From NCBI GenBank assembly GCA_964016885.1, contig OZ024744.1:131998001-132062000 (forward strand): 64,000 nucleotides of DNA, in the 5' to 3' direction. Position 1 is the first letter of the stretch. Each line of letters begins with the position of its first letter. A model generated the notes under the pieces. That model saw only the letters and a program-made list of their open reading frames with translations, made no database searches and was not told the origin of the DNA. The stretch is from Eledone cirrhosa (lineage: Eukaryota). Shown here piece after piece: positions 52,667 through 64,000 of this stretch. A program made the translations under genes and the position numbers.

Positions 52667-54652
52667 AGGTTTGTCGAAAACCTTATATAATCATTTTTAT
52701 TTAGGTTCTTCGAAACACCTTATATAATCAATTTTTTTAGGTTTTTCGAAAAACCTTATATAATCAATTTTTTAATACTTTTAGAAATATTTATATCTGA
52801 TTTCAAATATTGATTTTATTAGGTTTTTGGAATAATCAATTTTTTTTACGTTTTTCGAAAAATGTTATATAATCAATTTTTTTTAGGTTTTTCGAATCAA
52901 TTCAATTTTTATAATCAAATATTTTTAGGTTTTTAGAAAAACCTTATATAATCAAATTTTTTTAGGTTTTTCGAAAAACCTTATATAATTAATTTTTTTA
53001 TACTTTTAGAAATATTTATATCTGATTTCAAATATTGGATTTTTTAGGTTTTTCGATAATCAATTTTTTTTAGATTTTTCGAAAAATCTTATATAATCAA
53101 TTTTTTTAGGTTTTTCGAAAAACCTTATATAATCAATTTTTTAATACTTTTAGAAATATTTATATCTGATTTCAAATATTGATTTTATTAGGTTTTTGGA
53201 ATAATCAATTTTTTTTACGTTTTTCGAAAAATGTTATATAATCAATTTTTTTTAGGTTTTTCGAATCAATTCAATTTTTATAATCAAATATTTTTAGGTT
53301 TTTAGAAAAACCTTATATAATCAAATTTTTTTAGGTTTTTCGAAAAACCTTATATAATTAATTTTTTTATACTTTTAGAAATATTTATATCTGATTTCAA
53401 ATATTGGATTTTTTAGGTTTTTCGATAATCAATTTTTTTTAGATTTTTCGAAAAATCTTATATAATCAATTTTTTTACGTTTTTAGAAAGACCTTATATA
53501 ATCAATTTTTTTATACTTTTAGAAATATTTATATCTGATTTCAAATATTGATTTTTTTTTTAGGTTTTTCGAAATACCTTATATAATCAATTTTTTTTAG
53601 GTTTTTCAAATTACTTTATATAATCAATTTTTTTTATCTGATTTCAAATATTGATTTTTTTAGCTTTTTCGACAAAATCTTATATAATCAATTTTTTTTA
53701 GGTTTTTCGAAAAAGAATGAATTTGAGTTCATAGTCGAAATATATACTTCTGCATTAATCTTTTTACGTTTTTTTGATTTTTTTTAAAAAAACGTAAAAA
53801 ATTAATGCTTTTACAAATCTTTTGAAATATTTACTTTCTAGTTTCAAATTTTGCAGATTAAATTTTTCTCGAAAAACCTAAAAAATCAGTTGTCGAAATC
53901 AGAAGTTAATATTTCGAAAAACGCAATTTGAAAAACTCATATTAATTTTTTTTCGAAAACATTATATAATCAATTTTTTAGAAATATTTATATCTGATTT
54001 CAAATATTGATTTTTTTAGGTTTTTCGAAAACCCTATATAATCAATTTTTTTGTACTTTTAGAAATATCTATATCTGATTTCATGTATTGATTTTTTTAT
54101 ATTTTTCGAAAAAGCTTAGATAATCAATTTTTTTAGGTCTTTCGAAAACATTATATAATCAATTTTTTTTTAGGTTTTTCGAAAAAACCTTATATAATCA
54201 ATTTTTTTTAGGTTTTTCAAATATTGATTTTTTTAGCTTTTTCGACAAAATCTTATATAATCAATTTTTTTTAGGTTTTTCGAAAAAGAATGAATTTGAG
54301 TTCATAGTCGAAATATATACTTCTGCATTAATCTTTTTACGTTTTTTTGATTTTTTTTAAAAAAACGTAAACAATTAATGCTTTTACAAATCTTTTGAAA
54401 TATTTACTTTCTAGTTTCAAATTTTGCAGATTAAATTTTTCTCGAAAAACCTAAAAAATCAGTTGTCGAAATCAGAAGTTAATATTTCGTAAAACGCAAT
54501 TTGAAAAACTCATATTAATTTTTTTTCGAAAACTTATTATATAATCAATTTTTTTATACTTTTAGAAATATTTATATCTGATTTCAAATATTGATTTTTT
54601 TAGGTTTTTCGAAAACCCTATATAATCAATTTTTTTTAGGTTTTTCAAAAAA
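52667..54652 (+). repeat. AT-rich island A8 (369-bp internal duplication)
   Basis: Segment starting at 52739 restarts at 53108. Confidence 0.93.
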
Positions 54653-56655
54653 GTTACGTTGGGGTTAAGTTAAGTTGGGGTTAAGTTGAGGTTAAGTTAA
54701 GTTGTGGTTAAGTTAAGTTGGGGCTAAGTTAAGTTGGGGCTAAGTTAAGTTGGGGTTAAGTTAAGTTGGGGTTAATTTAAGTTGGGGTTAGGTTAAGTTG
54801 GGGATAAGCTAAGTTGGGGATAAGTTAAGTTGGGGTTAAGTTAAGTTGGGTTTAAGTTAAGCTGGGGTTAAGTTAAGTTGGGGTTAAATTAAGTTGGGGT
54901 TAAGTTAAGTTTGGGTTAGGTTAAGTTGGGGATAAGTTAAGTTGGGGATAAGTTAAGTTGGGGTTAAGTTAAGTTGGGTTTAAGTTAAGTTGGGGTTAAG
55001 TTAAGTTGGGGTTAAGTTAAGTTGGGGTTAAGTTAAGTTGCGGTTAAGTTAAGTTGGGGTTATATTAAGTTGGGGTTAAGTTAAGTTGGGTTTAAGTTAA
55101 GTTGTGGTTAAGTTAAGTTGGGGTTAAGTTAAGTTAGGGTTAATTTAAGTTGGGGTTATGTTAAGTTGGGGTTAAGTTAAGTTGGGGTTAAGTAGAGTTG
55201 GGGTTAATTTAAGTTGGGGTTAAGTTAAGTTGGTGTTAAGTTGGGGTTAAGTTAAGTTGGGGTTAAGTTGGGGTTAAGTTGAGTGGTGGTTATGTTAAGT
55301 TGGGGTTAAGTTAAGTTGGGGTTAATTTAAATTGGGGTTAAGTTAACTTTGTGGTTAAGTTAAGTTGGAGTTAAGTTAAGTTGGGGTTAAGTTAAGTTGG
55401 GGTTGAGTGAAGTTGGGGTTAAGTTAAGTTGGGGTTAACTTAAGTTGGGGTTAAGTTAAGTTGGGGTTAAATTAAGTTGGGTTAAATTAAGGTGGGGTTA
55501 AGTTAAGTTGGGGGTAAGTTAAGTTGGGGGCAAGTTAAGTTGGTGTTAAGTTAAGTTGGGGTTAAGTTAAGTTGGGGTTAAGTTAAGTTGGGTTTAAGTT
55601 AAGTTGGGACTAAGTTAAGTTAGGGCTAAGTTAAGTTGGGGTTAAGTTAAGTTGGGGCTAAGTTAAGTTGGGTCTAAGTTGAGTTGGGGTTAAGTTAAGT
55701 TGGGGTTAAGTTAAGTTGGGGTTAAATTAAGTTGGGGTTAATTAAGTTGGGGTTAAGTTAAGTTGGGGTTAAGTTAAGTTGGGGTTAATTTAAGTTGGGG
55801 TTGTGTTAAGTTGGGGTTAAGTTAAGTTGGGGATAAGTTAAGTTGGGGTTAAGTTAAGTTGGGGGTAAGTTAAGTTGGTGGTAAGTTAAGTTGGGGTTAA
55901 GTTAAGTTGGGGTTAATTTAAATTGGGTTAATTTAACTTTGTGGTTAAGTTAAGTTGGGGTTTATTTAAGTTGGGTTTAAGTTAAGTTGGGGTTGAGTTA
56001 AGTTGGGGTTGAGTGAAGTTGGGGTTAAGTTAAGTCGGGGTTAATTTAAGTTGGGGTTGAGTTAAGTCGGGGTTAATTTAAGTTGGGGCTAAGTTAATTT
56101 GTGGTTAAGTTAAGTTGGGGTTAAGTTAAGTTGGGGTTAAGTTAAGTTGGGGGTAAGTTAAGTTGGGGGCAAGTTAAGTTGGGGTTAAGTTAAGTTGCGG
56201 TTAAGTTAAGTTGGGGTTAAGTTAAGTTGGGTTTAAGTTAAGTTGGGGTTCAGTTAAGTTGGGGTTAAGTTAAGTTGGGGTTAAGTTAAGTTGGGGTTGA
56301 GTTAAGTTGGGGTTTAATTAAGTTGGGGTTGAGTTAAGTTGGGGTTGAGTTAAGTGGGGGTTGAGTTAAGTTGGGGTTAAGCTAAGTTGGGGTTAAGTTA
56401 AATTGAGGTTAAGTTAACTTGGGTTTGATTTAAGTTGGGGTTAAGTTAAGTTGGTGTTAAGTTCAGTTCAGGTTAAGTTAACTTGGGGTTAAGTTAAGTT
56501 GGGGTTGAGTTAAGTTGGCGTTGAGTTAAGTTGGGGTTAAGTTAAGTTGGGGTTAACTTAAGTTGGGGTTAAGTTAAGTTGGGGTTAATTTAAGTTGGGG
56601 TTCAGTTAAATTGAGGTTAAGATAACTTGGGTTTGCGTTAAGATGGGGTTAAGTT

Positions 56656-58272
56656 AGGTTTTTCGAAAACCTTATATAATCATTTTTATTTAGGTTCTTC
56701 GAAACACCTTATATAATCAATTTTTTTAGGTTTTTCGAAAAACCTTATATAATCAATTTTTTAATACTTTTAGAAATATTTATATCTGATTTCAAATATT
56801 GATTTTATTAGGTTTTTGGAATAATCAATTTTTTTTACGTTTTTCGAAAAATGTTATATAATCAATTTTTTTTAGGTTTTTCGAATCAATTCAATTTTTA
56901 TAATCAAATATTTTTAGGTTTTTAGAAAAACCTTATATAATCAAATTTTTTTAGGTTTTTCGAAAAACCTTATATAATTAATTTTTTTATACTTTTAGAA
57001 ATATTTATATCTGATTTCAAATATTGGATTTTTTAGGTTTTTCGATAATCAATTTTTTTTAGATTTTTCGAAAAATCTTATATAATCAATTTTTTTACGT
57101 TTTTAGAAAGACCTTATATAATCAATTTTTTTATACTTTTAGAAATATTTATATCTGATTTCAAATATTGATTTTTTTTTTAGGTTTTTCGAAATACCTT
57201 ATATAATCAATTTTTTTTAGGTTTTTCAAATTACTTTATATAATCAATTTTTTTTATCTGATTTCAAATATTGATTTTTTTAGCTTTTTCGACAAAATCT
57301 TATATAATCAATTTTTTTTAGGTTTTTCGAAAAAGAATGAATTTGAGTTCATAGTCGAAATATATACTTCTGCATTAATCTTTTTACGTTTTTTTGATTT
57401 TTTTTAAAAAAACGTAAAAAATTAATGCTTTTACAAATCTTTTGAAATATTTACTTTCTAGTTTCAAATTTTGCAGATTAAATTTTTCTCGAAAAACCTA
57501 AAAAATCAGTTGTCGAAATCAGAAGTTAATATTTCGAAAAACGCAATTTGAAAAACTCATATTAATTTTTTTTCGAAAACATTATATAATCAATTTTTTA
57601 GAAATATTTATATCTGATTTCAAATATTGATTTTTTTAGGTTTTTCGAAAACCCTATATAATCATTTTTTTTGTACTTTTAGAAATATCTATATCTGATT
57701 TCATGTATTGATTTTTTTATATTTTTCGAAAAAGCTTAGATAATCAATTTTTTTAGGTCTTTCGAAAACATTATATAATCAATTTTTTTTTAGGTTTTTC
57801 GAAAAAACCTTATATAATCAATTTTTTTTAGGTTTTTCAAATATTGATTTTTTTAGCTTTTTCGACAAAATCTTATATAATCAATTTTTTTTAGGTTTTT
57901 CGAAAAAGAATGAATTTGAGTTCATAGTCGAAATATATACTTCTGCATTAATCTTTTTACGTTTTTTTGATTTTTTTTAAAAAAACGTAAACAATTAATG
58001 CTTTTACAAATCTTTTGAAATATTTACTTTCTAGTTTCAAATTTTGCAGATTAAATTTTTCTCGAAAAACCTAAAAAATCAGTTGTCGAAATCAGAAGTT
58101 AATATTTCGTAAAACGCAATTTGAAAAACTCATATTAATTTTTTTTCGAAAACTTATTATATAATCAATTTTTTTATACTTTTAGAAATATTTATATCTG
58201 ATTTCAAATATTGATTTTTTTAGGTTTTTCGAAAACCCTATATAATCAATTTTTTTTAGGTTTTTCAAAAAA
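56656..58272 (+). repeat. AT-rich island A9
   Basis: Same boundaries, two module copies. Confidence 0.95.
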
Positions 58273-58765
58273 GTTACGTTGGGGTTAAGTTAAGTTGGGG
58301 TTAAGTTGAGGTTAAGTTAAGTTGTGGTTAAGTTAAGTTGGGGCTAAGTTAAGTTGGGGCTAAGTTAAGTTGGGGTTAAGTTAAGTTGGGGTTAATTTAA
58401 GTTGGGGTTAGGTTAAGTTGGGGATAAGCTAAGTTGGGGATAAGTTAAGTTGGGGTTAAGTTAAGTTGGGTTTAAGTTAAGCTGGGGTTAAGTTAAGTTG
58501 GGGTTAAATTAAGTTGGGGTTAAGTTAAGTTTGGGTTAGGTTAAGTTGGGGATAAGTTAAGTTGGGGATAAGTTAAGTTGGGGTTAAGTTAAGTTGGGTT
58601 TAAGTTAAGTTGGGGTTAAGTTAAGTTGGGGTTAAGTTAAGTTGGGGTTAAGTTAAGTTGCGGTTAGTTAAGTTGAGTTTAAGTTAAGTTGGGGTTAATT
58701 TAAGTTGGGGTTCAGTTAAATTGAGGTTAAGATAACTTGGGTTTGCGTTAAGATGGGGTTAAGTT

Positions 58766-60382
58766 AGGTTTGTCGAAAACCTTATATAATCATTTTTATT
58801 TAGGTTCTTCGAAACACCTTATATAATCAATTTTTTTAGGTTTTTCGAAAAACCTTATATAATCAATTTTTTAATACTTTTAGAAATATTTATATCTGAT
58901 TTCAAATATTGATTTTATTAGGTTTTTGGAATAATCAATTTTTTTTACGTTTTTCGAAAAATGTTATATAATCAATTTTTTTTAGGTTTTTCGAATCAAT
59001 TCAATTTTTATAATCAAATATTTTTAGGTTTTTAGAAAAACCTTATATAATCAAATTTTTTTAGGTTTTTCGAAAAACCTTATATAATTAATTTTTTTAT
59101 ACTTTTAGAAATATTTATATCTGATTTCAAATATTGGATTTTTTAGGTTTTTCGATAATCAATTTTTTTTAGATTTTTCGAAAAATCTTATATAATCAAT
59201 TTTTTTACGTTTTTAGAAAGACCTTATATAATCAATTTTTTTATACTTTTAGAAATATTTATATCTGATTTCAAATATTGATTTTTTTTTTAGGTTTTTC
59301 GAAATACCTTATATAATCAATTTTTTTTAGGTTTTTCAAATTACTTTATATAATCAATTTTTTTTATCTGATTTCAAATATTGATTTTTTTAGCTTTTTC
59401 GACAAAATCTTATATAATCAATTTTTTTTAGGTTTTTCGAAAAAGAATGAATTTGAGTTCATAGTCGAAATATATACTTCTGCATTAATCTTTTTACGTT
59501 TTTTTGATTTTTTTTAAAAAAACCTAAAAAATTAATGCTTTTACAAATCTTTTGAAATATTTACTTTCTAGTTTCAAATTTTGCAGATTAAATTTTTCTC
59601 GAAAAACCTAAAAAATCAGTTGTCGAAATCAGAAGTTAATATTTCGAAAAACGCAATTTGAAAAACTCATATTAATTTTTTTTCGAAAACATTATATAAT
59701 CAATTTTTTAGAAATATTTATATCTGATTTCAAATATTGATTTTTTTAGGTTTTTCGAAAACCCTATATAATCAATTTTTTTGTACTTTTAGAAATATCT
59801 ATATCTGATTTCATGTATTGATTTTTTTATATTTTTCGAAAAAGCTTAGATAATCAATTTTTTTAGGTCTTTCGAAAACATTATATAATCAATTTTTTTT
59901 TAGGTTTTTCGAAAAAACCTTATATAATCAATTTTTTTTAGGTTTTTCAAATATTGATTTTTTTAGCTTTTTCGACAAAATCTTATATAATCAATTTTTT
60001 TTAGGTTTTTCGAAAAAGAATGAATTTGAGTTCATAGTCGAAATATATACTTCTGCATTAATCTTTTTACGTTTTTTTGATTTTTTTTAAAAAAACGTAA
60101 ACAATTAATGCTTTTACAAATCTTTTGAAATATTTACTTTCTAGTTTCAAATTTTGCAGATTAAATTTTTCTCGAAAAACCTAAAAAATCAGTTGTCGAA
60201 ATCAGAAGTTAATATTTCGTAAAACGCAATTTGAAAAACTCATATTAATTTTTTTTCGAAAACTTATTATATAATCAATTTTTTTATACTTTTAGAAATA
60301 TTTATATCTGATTTCAAATATTGATTTTTTTAGGTTTTTCGAAAACCCTATATAATCAATTTTTTTTAGGTTTTTCAAAAAA
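58766..60382 (+). repeat. AT-rich island A10
   Basis: Copy of A9, offset 2110 bp. Confidence 0.95.
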
Positions 60383-61093
60383 GTTACGTTGGGGTTAAGT
60401 TAAGTTGGGGTTAAGTTGAGGTTAAGTTAAGTTGTGGTTAAGTTAAGTTGGGGCTAAGTTAAGTTGGGGCTAAGTTAAGTTGGGGTTAAGTTAAGTTGGG
60501 GTTAATTTAAGTTGGGGTTAGGTTAAGTTGGGGATAAGCTAAGTTGGGGATAAGTTAAGTTGGGGTTAAGTTAAGTTGGGTTTAAGTTAAGCTGGGGTTA
60601 AGTTAAGTTGGGGTTAAATTAAGTTGGGGTTAAGTTAAGTTTGGGTTAGGTTAAGTTGGGGATAAGTTAAGTTGGGGATAAGTTAAGTTGGGGTTAAGTT
60701 AAGTTGGGTTTAAGTTAAGTTGGGGTTAAGTTAAGTTGGGGTTAAGTTAAGTTGGGGTTAAGTTAAGTTGCGGTTAGTTAAGTTGAGTTTAAGTTAAGTT
60801 GGGGTTAATTTAAGTTGGGGTTAAGTTAAGTTGGGGTTCAGTTAAGTTGGGGTTAAGTCAAGTTGGGGTTAAGTTAAGTTGGGGTTAAGTTAAGTTGGGG
60901 TTAGGTTAAGTTGGGGATAATTTAAGTTGGGGATAAGCTAAGTTGGGGTTAAGTTAAGTTGGGTTTAAGTTAAGTTGGGGTTAAGTTAAGTTGGGGTTAA
61001 ATTAAGTTGGGGTTAAGTTAAGCTGGGGTTAAATTAAGTTGGGGTTATGTTAAGTTGGGGTTAAGTTAAGTTGGGGTTAGTTTAAGTGGGGTT

Positions 61094-61615
61094 AACCCCA
61101 ACTTAACTTAACCCCAACTTAACTTAACCCCAACTTCACTCAACCCCAACTTAAATTAACCCCAACTTCACTCAACCCCAACTTAACTCAACCCCAACTT
61201 AAATTAACCCCAACTTAACTTAACCCTGACTTAACTTAACCCCGACTTAACTTAACCCCGACTTAACTTAACCCCAACTTAACTTAAACCCCAACTTAAC
61301 TTAACCCCAACTTAACTTAACCCCAACTTAACTCACACCCAACTTAACTTACCCCCAACTTAACTTAACCCCAACTTCACTCAACCCCAACTTAACTTAA
61401 CCCCAACTTCACTCAACCCCAACTTAACTCAACCCCAACTTAACTTAACCCCAACTTAACTTAACCCCGACTTAAACTTAACCCCGACTTAACTTAACCC
61501 CAACTTAACTTAACCCCAACTTAACTTAACCCCAACTTAACTTAATCCCAACTTGACTTAACCCCAACTTAACTCACACCCAACTTAACTTACCCCCAAC
61601 TTAACTTAACCCCAA
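61094..61615 (-). repeat. Inverted satellite block I13 (longest; chimeric)
   Basis: First part carries I4/I7-type variants, second part I5-type variants. Confidence 0.93.
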
Positions 61616-62735
61616 AGTCGGAGTTAAGTTAAGTTGGGGTTAAGTTAAGTTAGGCTTAACTTAAGTTGGGGTTAAGTTAAGTTGGGGGTAAGTTAAGTTG
61701 GGGGTAAGTTAAGTTGGGGTTAAGTTAAGTTGGGGTTAAGATAAGTGGTGGTTATGTTAAGTTGAGGTTAAGTTAAGTTAGGGTTAAATTAAGTTGGGGT
61801 TAAGTTAAGTTGGGTGTAAGTTAAGTTGGGGTTGAGTGAAGTTGGGGTTAAGTTAAGTTGGGGTTAAGTAGAATTGGGGTTAAGTTAAGTTGGGGTTAAG
61901 TTAAGTTGGTGTTAAGTTGGGGTTAAGTTAAGTTGGGGTTAAGTTGGGGTTAAGTTAAGTGGTGGTTATGTTAAGTTGGGGTTAACTTAAGTTGGGGTTA
62001 ATTTAAATTGGGGTTAAGTTAACTTTGTGGTTAAGTTAAGTTGGGGTTAAGTTAAGTTGGGGTTAAATTAAGTTGGGGTTGAGTGAAGTTGGGGTTAAGT
62101 TAAGTTGGGGTTAAGTTAAGTTGGGGTTAACTTAAGTTGGGTTTAAGTTAAGTTGCGGTTAAGTTAATTTGGGGTTAAGTTAAGTTGGGGTTAAGTTAAG
62201 TCGGGGTTAATTTAAGTTGGGGTTGAGTTAAGTTGGGGTTAATTTAAGTTGAGGTTATGTTAAGTTGGGGTTAATTTAAGTTGGGGTTAAGTTAAGTTGG
62301 GGTTAAGTTAAGTTGGGGTTAATTTAAGTTGGGATTAAGTTCAGTTGGGGTTAAATTAAGTTGGGGTTAAGTTAAGCTGGGGTTAAATTAAGTTGGGGTT
62401 AAGTTAAGTTGGGGTTAATTTAAGTTGGGGTTAAGTTAAGTTAGGGTTAATTTAAGTTGGGGTTATGTTAAGTTGGGGTTAAGTTAAGTTGGGGTTAAGT
62501 CGAGTTGGGGTTAAGTTAAGTTGGGGTTAGTTAAGTTGAGTTTAAGTCAAGTTGGGGTTAATTTAAGTTGGGGTTAAGTTAAGTTGGGGTTCAGTTAAGT
62601 TGGGGTTAAGTTAAGTTGGGGTTGAGTTAAGTTGTGGTTAAGTTAAGGTGGGGTTAGGTTAAGTTGGGGTTAAGTTAAGCTGGGGTTAAATTAAGTTGGG
62701 GTTAAGTTAAGTTGGGGTTAGGTTAAGTTGGGGTT

Positions 62736-63000
62736 AACCCCAACTTAACTTAACCCCAACTTCACTCAACCCCAACTTAACTTAACCCCAACTTCACTCA
62801 ACCCCAACTTAACTCAACCCCAACTTAACTTAACCCCAACTTAAATTAACCCCGACTTAAACTTAACCCCGACTTAACTTAACCCCAACTTAACTTAACC
62901 CCAACTTAACTTAACCCCAACTTAACTTAATCCCAACTTGACTTAACCCCAACTTAACTCACACCCAACTTAACTTACCCCCAACTTAACTTAACCCCAA
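62736..63000 (-). repeat. Inverted satellite block I14
   Basis: ggggttaacccc left junction, agtcggag right junction; I5-type. Confidence 0.95.
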
Positions 63001-64000
63001 AGTCGGAGTTAAGTTAAGTTGGGGTTAAGTTAAGTTAGGCTTAACTTAAGTTGGGGTTAAGTTAAGTTGGGGGTAAGTTAAGTTGGGGGTAAGTTAAGTT
63101 GGGGTTAAGTTAAGTTGGGGTTAAGATAAGTGGTGGTTATGTTAAGTTGAGGTTAAGTTAAGTTAGGGTTAAATTAAGTTGGGGTTAAGTTAAGTTGGGT
63201 GTAAGTTAAGTTGGGGTTGAGTGAAGTTGGGGTTAAGTTAAGTTGGGGTTAAGTAGAGTTGGGGTTAAGTTAAGTTGGGGTTAAGTTAAGTTGGTGTTAA
63301 GTTGGGGTTAAGTTAAGTTGGGGTTAAGTTGGGGTTAAGTTAAGTGGTGGTTATGTTAAGTTGGGGTTAACTTAAGTTGGGGTTAATTTAAGTTGGGGTT
63401 GAGTGAAGTTGGGGTTAAGTTAAGTTGGGGTTAAGTTAAGTTGGGGTTAACTTAAGTTGGGTTTAAGTTAAGTTGCGGTTAAGTTAATTTGGGGTTAAGT
63501 TAAGTTGGGGTTAAGTTAAGTCGGGGTTAATTTAAGTTGGGGTTGAGTTAAGTTGGGGTTAATTTAAGTTGAGGTTATGTTAAGTTGGGGTTAATTTAAG
63601 TTGGGGTTAAGTTAAGTTGGGGTTAAGTTAAGTTGGGGTTAATTTAAGTTGGGATTAAGTTCAGTTGGGGTTAAATTAAGTTGGGGTTAAGTTAAGCTGG
63701 GGTTAAATTAAGTTGGGGTTAAGTTAAGTTGGGGTTAAGTTAAGTTGGGGTTAAGTTAAGTTAGGGTTAATTTAAGTTGGGGTTATGTTAAGTTGGGGTT
63801 AAGTTAAGTTGGGGTTAAGTCGAGTTGGGGTTAAGTTAAGTTAGGGTTAGTTAAGTTGAGTTTAAGTTAAGTTGGGGTTAATTTAAGTTGGGGTTAAGTT
63901 AAGTTGGGGTTCAGTTAAGTTGGGGTTAAGTTAAGTTGGGGTTAAGTTAAGTTGGTTTAAGTTAAGTTGGGGTTAGGTTAAGTTGGGGATAAGTTAAGTT

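Larger units (their letters stand above)
1..64000 (+). repeat. Composite satellite array: 16-bp monomer TTGGGGTTAAGTTAAG, interrupted by inverted blocks and AT-rich islands
   Basis: Monomer reads directly from position 1 and continues to the window end. Frequent point variants (TTGAG, TTAAT, TTAAA, GGGAT, GGGCT, GTGG) and +/-5-bp variants (11-mer TTGGGGTTAAG). Both window ends lie inside the array. Confidence 0.99.

Noticed and set aside
1-64000. Protein-coding ORFs
   Set aside because: Each monomer has two TTAA (TAA on both strands) and the 16-bp period rotates the frame, so all six frames stop within about 48 bp; the islands are poly(T)/poly(A)-rich with frequent stops
1-64000. Canonical telomerase-made telomere tract (ciliate TTGGGG type)
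   Set aside because: No pure TTGGGG runs; high variant load, inversions and block-copied mutations are incompatible with direct telomerase synthesis of this portion

Overview
The whole 64 kb window is non-coding tandem-repeat DNA, most likely eukaryotic heterochromatin (subtelomeric, telomeric or centromeric); the organism cannot be identified from the sequence. It has three components. (1) A G-rich 16-bp satellite, consensus TTGGGGTTAAGTTAAG (TTGGGG + 2 x TTAAG, no C on the + strand), fills about two-thirds of the window. (2) Fourteen short (about 200-520 bp) inverted blocks of that satellite nearly all start at the palindrome GGGGTTAACCCC and all end at the linker CCCCAA-A(G/A)TCGGAG-TT. 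(3) Ten near-identical 1.5-2.2 kb AT-rich islands are built from a ~37-bp subrepeat carrying the palindrome AGGTTTTTCGAAAAACCT and a 573-bp module with hairpins, and always sit between the same satellite flanks. These parts are amplified together in nested higher-order duplications (about 1.0, 1.4, 2.1, 2.2, 2.75, 5.2 and 7.65 kb), which points to recombination- or template-switch-based amplification rather than telomerase synthesis. I found no supportable CDS, RNA gene or CRISPR array. Coordinates were counted by eye and may be off by a few bases.
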